A DNA stretch of 20,000 bases from an uncultured virus (IMG/VR IMGVR_UViG_3300032665_001598) (taxonomy: Duplodnaviria > Heunggongvirae > Uroviricota > Caudoviricetes): IMG/VR virus record IMGVR_UViG_3300032665_001598; one strand, 5' to 3'. The notes under the pieces are model-generated. The model had not been told where the DNA came from, searched no databases, and saw nothing but the letters and a program-made list of their open reading frames with translations. A program made the position numbers and the translations under genes. Shown in pieces: positions 9,062-15,237 of the stretch (position 1 is its first letter; every line of letters starts with the position of its first letter).

Positions 9062-9379
9062 ATGTCTAAAACTAGAACACATATAGAAGTGCGCCCCCGC
9101 ATTGAAGTTAAATCCAATATTGCAGAACCGCCACAGTACAGAGTTGTTTATATCAATGACGAAACTACTACACAAGAGTTTGTAGTCGAAACACTTAAAA
9201 TTATTTTTAATTATGATGAAGGTGCCGCAGAAGCAATTACCATGCGAGTACACGAAGAAGGTTCAGCAGTGGTAGCAGTATTACCGTACGAACTGGCCGA
9301 ACAAAAGGGTATTGAAGTGACCCTGTTGGCACGTAACAACGGATTTCCATTACAAGTTAAAATTGAACAAGACGTATGA
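9062..9379 (+). CDS. clpS: ATP-dependent Clp protease adaptor ClpS (in-frame ATGs also at 9020 and 9050)
   Basis: PPQYRVVYINDETTTQEFVVETLKIIF...AEAITMRVHEEGSAVVAVLPYELAEQK...ARNNGFPLQVKIE matches the ClpS consensus. Confidence 0.92.
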   Translation: MSKTRTHIEVRPRIEVKSNIAEPPQYRVVYINDETTTQEFVVETLKIIFNYDEGAAEAITMRVHEEGSAVVAVLPYELAEQKGIEVTLLARNNGFPLQVKIEQDV

Positions 9380-9430
9380 TTAATAGGTTAAACTGACAAA
9401 AGGTGGTAAATAAACATAAGGAGAATACTT

Positions 9431-10129
9431 ATGTATATTGGCTACATTTATAAAACAACTAACTTAATTAATAATCGTTGTTACATTGGCAAAAGAACAA
9501 AACCTATTTTTGATAAAGATTATTATGGATCTGGAATAGCACTACAATCTGCTATTAAAAAATACGGTAAAGATAATTTCAAAATAGAAATATTGCACTG
9601 GGCAAAAACAGTTGATGAGCTAAATCGGCTGGAAATAGACACCATTTCTTTATACGAATCATTAAATGATTTATATAATATTGCCAGCGGAGGTGATGGT
9701 GGCAACACTATATTAAATCATCCTAATAAAAATACCATAATTAATCAACGAAATATTGGGTTAACAAAGTGGCATGCTTCTTTAACAGAAGAAGAAAAAG
9801 CAACACGTTCAAAAAAAATAAGCGAAGCCAAAAAAGGAAAATCTAACGGACATTTTGGTTACAAACACACACCCGAAACAATAGAAAAAATAAAAGCATC
9901 GAATAAAAATTACACAAAATCGGCAGAATGGAAAAAAGCTCATGCAGAAGCATCTGCAAAACGAAAAGGAAAACCCTTTACACAAAAATATAAACCTGTT
10001 ATAATAAACAATATAGAATATCCATCAATTAAAGATGCTATGATAGATTTGGGTATAAAACACAGGGCAACATTTTACACAATGGTAAAACAACAAAAAA
10101 TATCAATGGTATATAAAAATGATCTTTAA
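9431..10129 (+). mobile_element. Free-standing GIY-YIG homing endonuclease (Seg-like) with NUMOD3-type basic repeats
   Basis: GYIYKTTNLINNRCYIGKR, YYGSG, KYGKDNFKIEIL, LYNIASGGDGG, KISEAKKG...GYKHTPETIEKI. Noticeably more A-rich than neighbouring genes; SD AAGGAG. Confidence 0.88.
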
Positions 10130-10598
10130 TAAAATACGAGAATTAAAAGAACAAGGTAAAAGAATTGGAATTACATTTAGTACTTTTGATTTAGGTCCTC
10201 ACGCCGGTCATATTTCTATGTTGTCAGAAGCAAAAAATCATTGCGATTACTTGATTGCCGGCTTGCAAACAGATCCAACAATTGATCGTCCTGAAACCAA
10301 GAACCATCCTGTTCAAAGTATTGTGGAACGTCAAATTCAATTGGCCGCTTGTCGGTATGTAGACGAAGTAGTTGTTTATCAAACAGAACAAGATCTAATA
10401 GACTTATTATTAATATTACCACTTGACGTACGAGTACTTGGTGTTGAATACAAAGATAAAGAATTCTCAGGAAGAATGGAATGCATACGTCGGGGAATAG
10501 AGCTTGTATATAATGGTCGTGATCATTCCTTTTCTAGCTCAGGATTACGTAGACGTGTAGTGGAATCTGAATCTCTTAAAATTTTAAAGCAAGGATAA
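10119..10598 (+). CDS. HxGH-type cytidylyltransferase (TagD/glycerol-3-phosphate cytidylyltransferase-like)
   Basis: GITFSTFDLGPHAGH, CDYLIAGLQTDP, ER...L...RYVDEVVVY, and RDHSFSSSGLR (equivalent to the RTxGISTT motif). Confidence 0.85.
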   Translation: MIFNKIRELKEQGKRIGITFSTFDLGPHAGHISMLSEAKNHCDYLIAGLQTDPTIDRPETKNHPVQSIVERQIQLAACRYVDEVVVYQTEQDLIDLLLILPLDVRVLGVEYKDKEFSGRMECIRRGIELVYNGRDHSFSSSGLRRRVVESESLKILKQG

Positions 10599-10601
10599 AT
10601 T

Positions 10602-11135
10602 GTGGACATAATGTTAGATTTGGAATCACTAGGTACACGCCCAGATTGTGCTATTCTCACAATTGGTGCTGTTAAGTTTGATCCTTATACTGTAGATAGT
10701 TTTGGTGATAGCTTATATCATCGCATCGATGTTGATGAACAACTAGCCCTGGGACGTGAAGTACAGGAAGATACACTAGCATGGTGGGGACAGCAAGCAC
10801 AGGATGTTCGTGAAGAAGCACTTAGCGAAGAAGGCCGTGTTAGTTTAGAAACTCTGTACCGAGACCTAAATCGGTTTTGTGTAGGTGTAACCAACATCTG
10901 GTGCCAAGGACCTGCGTTTGACATTGTTATTCTTGAAAACATTTATCGTCAACAGGGCTGGCCAACTCCATGGCAGTTTTGGCAAATTCGCGACAGCCGT
11001 ACCTTATTTGGTGTACACGGCGACCCTCGCGAAAAAGGCAAAGCTGGCTTACACAATGCCTTGGAAGATTGTATTAGCCAAGCGCAGGGTGTACAAGAGA
11101 TTTACCGCAGATTAAAGATTTCGAAGGATAGGTAA
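10602..11135 (+). CDS. DEDDh 3'-5' exonuclease (Rv2179c/RNase AS-like phage family)
   Basis: GTG start. ExoI motif MLDLESLG, WCQGPAFDIVIL, PWQFWQIRDSRTL, ExoIII motif HNALEDC. Confidence 0.85.
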   Translation: MDIMLDLESLGTRPDCAILTIGAVKFDPYTVDSFGDSLYHRIDVDEQLALGREVQEDTLAWWGQQAQDVREEALSEEGRVSLETLYRDLNRFCVGVTNIWCQGPAFDIVILENIYRQQGWPTPWQFWQIRDSRTLFGVHGDPREKGKAGLHNALEDCISQAQGVQEIYRRLKISKDR

Positions 11136-11443
11136 TGCAAATAGTTTGGGACCACCGAGCAGTACAACAATTAAAACAAACTCATACAGTATTAGAACTT
11201 GAGACGTTTGATGTTAAGGGTATTCCGGTAACTACCTATTGTGTAGTGCCTCCTGAAAAGATTGGACTTTCTGGATTTACAAATTTAACCAACTATATAG
11301 AGTTACACGAAGGCTTTATCAAAGCACTCAAAGAAGAAAATTACCAGCTCTGCAAAGATATTTCAGATCATCTGATAGGTCAATTTGGTGGAGAATTGGA
11401 CTCTTTCTACGAAGAAATAATTAAAAGAATACCTACAATTTAA
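11135..11443 (+). CDS. Hypothetical protein resembling the C-terminal segment of the CHASE2 cyclase at 17978
   Basis: TAATG-coupled to the exonuclease. LELETFDVKG and H...LIGQFGGELDSFY..IIKR align by eye with the cyclase segments LLLDNLQPKG and H...LVGNFGGQMDKYY..WIER. Confidence 0.7.
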   Translation: MQIVWDHRAVQQLKQTHTVLELETFDVKGIPVTTYCVVPPEKIGLSGFTNLTNYIELHEGFIKALKEENYQLCKDISDHLIGQFGGELDSFYEEIIKRIPTI

Positions 11444-11462
11444 AATACTACATAATTCTTGT

Positions 11463-11494
11463 TCTAGGTCCTATTAAATACTATAGGAGCTAGA
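11463..11494 (+). promoter_or_regulatory. Dyad (11/12-bp arms) enclosing a TAAATA late-promoter-like box upstream of csgF
   Basis: TCTAGGTCCTAT-TAAATACT-ATAGGAGCTAGA. Confidence 0.5.
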
Positions 11495-11543
11495 GTCTAC
11501 ACGACTTTACTACCTTATAATAATAATAACAGGGGTAGAAGTA

Positions 11544-12011
11544 ATGAGAATTATCAACAAGGTTATTCTAACCGCAATCGCCTTATCCGCGACAACCACC
11601 TACGCTACTACAATATCAGACTACTCATTTAAAAGTGCTAGTTTGAATGGTAACGGCTACTCAACTTTCCAAATGGCCTTGGAAAATCAGCAGTATCAAC
11701 GTGCATTGACTATTCAGCAAGCACTTACAGCGGCCGCGCAACAAGCCAAGGCAGATGCAGCCAATACCCCTATAAATCAGTTCCTAACCAACCTGGAATC
11801 GCGTGTTTATGCACAGATTTCGCAGAATTTAGCCACTGCAATGTTTGCCGGCGGTAGCAGTAGTACTGGCCAGATTACCTTCCAGGGCAACACGATCTAC
11901 TATAACAATAATGGTAGTCAAATCCAATTGCAAGTAACAGACAACGTGGGTAACGTAACTACAATTAATATTCCATTGAGTCAATTTAACATTACCGGAG
12001 GCGGAAACTAA
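11544..12011 (+). CDS. csgF: Curli production assembly/transport component CsgF-like
   Basis: Signal peptide. YSFKSASLNGNG corresponds to FQFRNPNFGGN; INQFLTNLESRVYAQIS; QIQLQVTDNVGNVTTINIP corresponds to QLQLNVTDRKTGQTSTIQV. Coupled to csgG by a TAATG overlap. Confidence 0.8.
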   Translation: MRIINKVILTAIALSATTTYATTISDYSFKSASLNGNGYSTFQMALENQQYQRALTIQQALTAAAQQAKADAANTPINQFLTNLESRVYAQISQNLATAMFAGGSSSTGQITFQGNTIYYNNNGSQIQLQVTDNVGNVTTINIPLSQFNITGGGN

Positions 12012-12973
12012 TGAAAAAATTACTCTTATCCATAATGGTAATAGCGGCACTTTCTGGTTGTGCTATAAGCCAAAAAATGGGAGTACTAGAGGCAAAACCT
12101 GTAGTACCTAAAAACGAATTACAAAAAGAGTTTGATGCTATTCCTCCACCTGCTGCTGGTCGTTTAACTGTGGCTGTCTACAACTTTGCAGATAAAACAG
12201 GACAACGTAAAGCAGTTCCTGGTATTGCCAGTTTTAGTACAGCAGTTACACAAGGTGGCGATGCACTATTAATTCGCAGTTTGCAAGACGTTGGTCACGG
12301 TTTATGGTTTGATGTTGTTGAGCGAGGAAACATTGATGCCTTGACCAAAGAGCGGTTAATCATTACTCAAATGCGTCAAGCATATGAAGGTAAAGATGCA
12401 CAGAAGCTAATGCCATTACAGTTTGCCGGCGTAATTATTGAAGGCGGAATTATTGGTTACGATACCGGACTGGAGTCTGGTGGTACAGGATATAACTTCC
12501 TTGGTATTGGCCCAACAACTCAGTACAGTAAAGATATTATCACAATTAGTCTACGTGCTATCAGTGTTAACACCGGTAAGATTCTAGCCAGTGTAACTGT
12601 TACCAAGATCATTTACTCAACAGCAGATAGTATTGCAATCTTTAAGAGTATAGATCCAGGTAGCTTGGGACATATGGTTACGCAAATTGGCGCACCTAAT
12701 ACCGGCGCAACAGATGCTGCGGCAGCAATATTCCAATTTGAATCAGGTTTAACAATCAACGAAGCAACCACTATCGCACTTAAATCAACTATTGAAGCAA
12801 GTGTAGTAGAGTTAATCAAGGAAGGCCAACGCAAAGGGGTATGGGACTACAACCAAGTAGCGCCAGCGTATATTAATCCTAATGCCAAGGGCGAGCCAAC
12901 AATTCCATTAGGTATGTCTAATAAAACAGGCTTACCTGCAGATGTAGAAGCAAAGTTGGGGGTAGTAAAGTGA
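12011..12973 (+). CDS. csgG: Curli secretion outer-membrane lipoprotein channel CsgG
   Basis: Lipobox LSGC. VAVYNFADKTGQRK...SFSTAVTQG, WFDVVERGNIDALTKERLII, IIEGGIIGYD...SGGTG...LGIG...QYSKDIITISLRAISVNTGKILASVTVTKII. Confidence 0.95.
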   Translation: MKKLLLSIMVIAALSGCAISQKMGVLEAKPVVPKNELQKEFDAIPPPAAGRLTVAVYNFADKTGQRKAVPGIASFSTAVTQGGDALLIRSLQDVGHGLWFDVVERGNIDALTKERLIITQMRQAYEGKDAQKLMPLQFAGVIIEGGIIGYDTGLESGGTGYNFLGIGPTTQYSKDIITISLRAISVNTGKILASVTVTKIIYSTADSIAIFKSIDPGSLGHMVTQIGAPNTGATDAAAAIFQFESGLTINEATTIALKSTIEASVVELIKEGQRKGVWDYNQVAPAYINPNAKGEPTIPLGMSNKTGLPADVEAKLGVVK

Positions 12974-13044
12974 AGTAACTAAAACAACCAGCGGAGAAGC
13001 AGGGACCGCAGGACATAAGGCCAGGGGCCAAAAGGAGTAGTAAA

Positions 13045-13944
13045 ATGAAACTAGCGAAAATAATAACAACAATGCTAGCCGTAGTGACTATAAGTGCATT
13101 TGGTGCAGATAACACCATCTACATCAATCAATCAGGTAGTAACAGTAACATTTCAATTACACAAAATGGCGCAGGTGATGCAGTAGAAGGTGTACAAGGC
13201 ACAGGTTCAAGTGCAACAACACCGGCAGTAATTACTGGTAATAGTAATAACGTAACAGTAAATCAAGTAGGCACAGGCGATACCTTACAATTAGGTATCC
13301 AGACAACTGTGGCCAACGGATTAACTGGTAACAATTACAATTACTCTGTGACAGGTAACAATGCAACAGCAGTGATCAATAGTAACAATGATGGCTCTGC
13401 TACAAGTGCAAGTAATAATATTAGTGTAACACAAACTGGTAATACTGCCAATTTGAATATTAACTTATTAGGTACAGGTAACAACTTTACCGCTGTGACA
13501 GCAGGCGGTAGTAGTAACTCTATTGTTGCTATTGTTAACGGTACAAATAATACTGATAATATCACAATGAACGGTGGCGCAAGTAATAGTCTAACAATGA
13601 CTCAAGGGACTACAACAACAGCGGCAACTAATGCTAGTGTTACTTTAAACAGTACAGGTGCAAGTAATACATTTGGGTTGACACAAACTGGTGGCTCCAA
13701 TGGCGACAGTATTACTATTGGTGGTTATAATGCAACTGGCCTAGCAGTAGTTGGAAGTTTAACAGGTTCTAGTAATACTATTACAGCAAGCCAAACTGGT
13801 AGTAACGATAACACGTTAGTATTAGGGTTAACTGGTAATAGCAATACATTTACTGTGAACCAAACAGCTACAAGCGGTAACAACACTACAAATATTCAAA
13901 GTAGTGGTAGCAGTAATACTTGGAACATTGTACAGCATCATTAA
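13045..13944 (+). CDS. Secreted curlin-like (CsgA/CsgB-like) beta-repeat protein
   Basis: Signal peptide ending AFG-A. Repeats of N-x-I/V-x-I/V-x-Q-x-G-x-x-N, rich in N/S/T/G/Q and almost uncharged. Lies directly after csgG with a strong SD AAGGAG. Confidence 0.78.
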   Translation: MKLAKIITTMLAVVTISAFGADNTIYINQSGSNSNISITQNGAGDAVEGVQGTGSSATTPAVITGNSNNVTVNQVGTGDTLQLGIQTTVANGLTGNNYNYSVTGNNATAVINSNNDGSATSASNNISVTQTGNTANLNINLLGTGNNFTAVTAGGSSNSIVAIVNGTNNTDNITMNGGASNSLTMTQGTTTTAATNASVTLNSTGASNTFGLTQTGGSNGDSITIGGYNATGLAVVGSLTGSSNTITASQTGSNDNTLVLGLTGNSNTFTVNQTATSGNNTTNIQSSGSSNTWNIVQHH

Positions 13945-13947
13945 TAT

Positions 13948-14124
13948 ATGACAGACCTTCGCTTCTTAAACACAGTATATCAACAGTGGAGCGATGGTCA
14001 GTCTAATGTGGCTAGTAGAGCCGTAGATTTTATAGAGCTGGCGCACAGACTTACTGGTACGCCAAAAGATCAATTAATGAGAGACTTACAACGATGTGTA
14101 TGGTTCAAGCAACAAGACGATTAA
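13948..14124 (+). CDS. Small hypothetical protein (58 aa, MTDLRFLNTVYQQWSDGQSNVASRAVDFIELAHRLTGTPKDQLMRDLQRCVWFKQQDD), not in the ORF track
   Basis: ATG 3 nt after the curlin stop. It exactly fills the gap and overlaps the start of the FecR gene. Confidence 0.55.
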   Translation: MTDLRFLNTVYQQWSDGQSNVASRAVDFIELAHRLTGTPKDQLMRDLQRCVWFKQQDD

Positions 14125-15236
14125 TTTGGGCAACATTATTGTTGTCTATTTCCGCTCATGCTGCCATTGGCACAATCACAGAACAAGTAAACAATCCTCC
14201 GCAAATACAACGAGCAAAAACAACACTTACTGGTAGTAAAGGTACCGGTGTTGATATGGCTGACGCCATTACTACCAAGCAAGGCAAGGTTGGTATTGTG
14301 TTTGCCGATGACACTAAGGTGCAAGTGAATGAAAACTCCAAACTGGTCATTGACGAATTCGTGTATGATCCAAAAAATAAAGATGCTGGCAAACTTGCTC
14401 TTAACATGGCTAGTGGTACAGTCCGCTACGCATCAGGGGCGATTGCTCATAACAATCCTAATAAGGTGGCTATCAACACTCCTACTGCTACCGTTGCTGT
14501 TCGCGGTACTGATTTTACTGCTACAGTTGATGAGCTAGGTTCCAGCACATTTATTCTATTGCCAAGCTGTCCACGTAAAAATATGTTGCCCGATGAGATT
14601 GAACGTTATTGTGTGACTGGTAAAATTGATGTTATGAATGACGCCGGTACTGTAACATTAGATCAAGCATTCCAGGCAACTAAAGTATCCGCACGTAATG
14701 TAGCACCCACAAGGCCTGTTACCTTACACTTAACTGAAGATGCTATTGGAAATATGTTAATCCTGGCACCACCGCAAGAAATTAAAACTGCTCAGCAACG
14801 CCAACAAGCAGAAAAGTTGCCAGCTGAATCGGCACTTAGTCAAGATTTTCTTAAGGGTGTTGATCTAAGTAGTGTATTGGTTGCAGAAAATAATCAAGTT
14901 TATACCAATGCACTACAACGTAATCTATTAGATCAGGACTTCCTTGAAAGCATGTTACAAATAATGAATGATCAACTTGCTGCAGAATTTGGTAACTTGT
15001 TAGCCGCACCCAAGAATCAATTGCTTCCCGATTATAGAAAATCATCGGGGGTAGAAGCTACTGTAGATGCAATCAGTGTACAGTTATGTCGCAGTGATGC
15101 TAATAGTAATACAAGTTGTGTTACAACTCCTAAAGGTCAAAATTCTACTATTGTACAGACACAGAGTGGTAATGTAACCATCACCAACAGAATCAATGCC
15201 GGTGGCAATACCTTTATAACAACCAAGCAGAATTAA
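14094..15236 (+). CDS. Exported FecR-domain protein (start could be 14100)
   Basis: Signal peptide ending AHA-A. DAITTKQGKVGIVFADDTKVQVNENSKLVID, LNMASGTVRYASG and INTPTATVAVRGTDF are FecR-family hallmarks. Confidence 0.85.
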   Translation: MCMVQATRRLIWATLLLSISAHAAIGTITEQVNNPPQIQRAKTTLTGSKGTGVDMADAITTKQGKVGIVFADDTKVQVNENSKLVIDEFVYDPKNKDAGKLALNMASGTVRYASGAIAHNNPNKVAINTPTATVAVRGTDFTATVDELGSSTFILLPSCPRKNMLPDEIERYCVTGKIDVMNDAGTVTLDQAFQATKVSARNVAPTRPVTLHLTEDAIGNMLILAPPQEIKTAQQRQQAEKLPAESALSQDFLKGVDLSSVLVAENNQVYTNALQRNLLDQDFLESMLQIMNDQLAAEFGNLLAAPKNQLLPDYRKSSGVEATVDAISVQLCRSDANSNTSCVTTPKGQNSTIVQTQSGNVTITNRINAGGNTFITTKQN

Positions 15237-15237
15237 T

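Noticed and set aside
9380..10129. Group I intron hosting the GIY-YIG ORF
   Set aside because: Both flanking genes look complete, and only about 50 nt of non-coding sequence is available, too little for an intron core.
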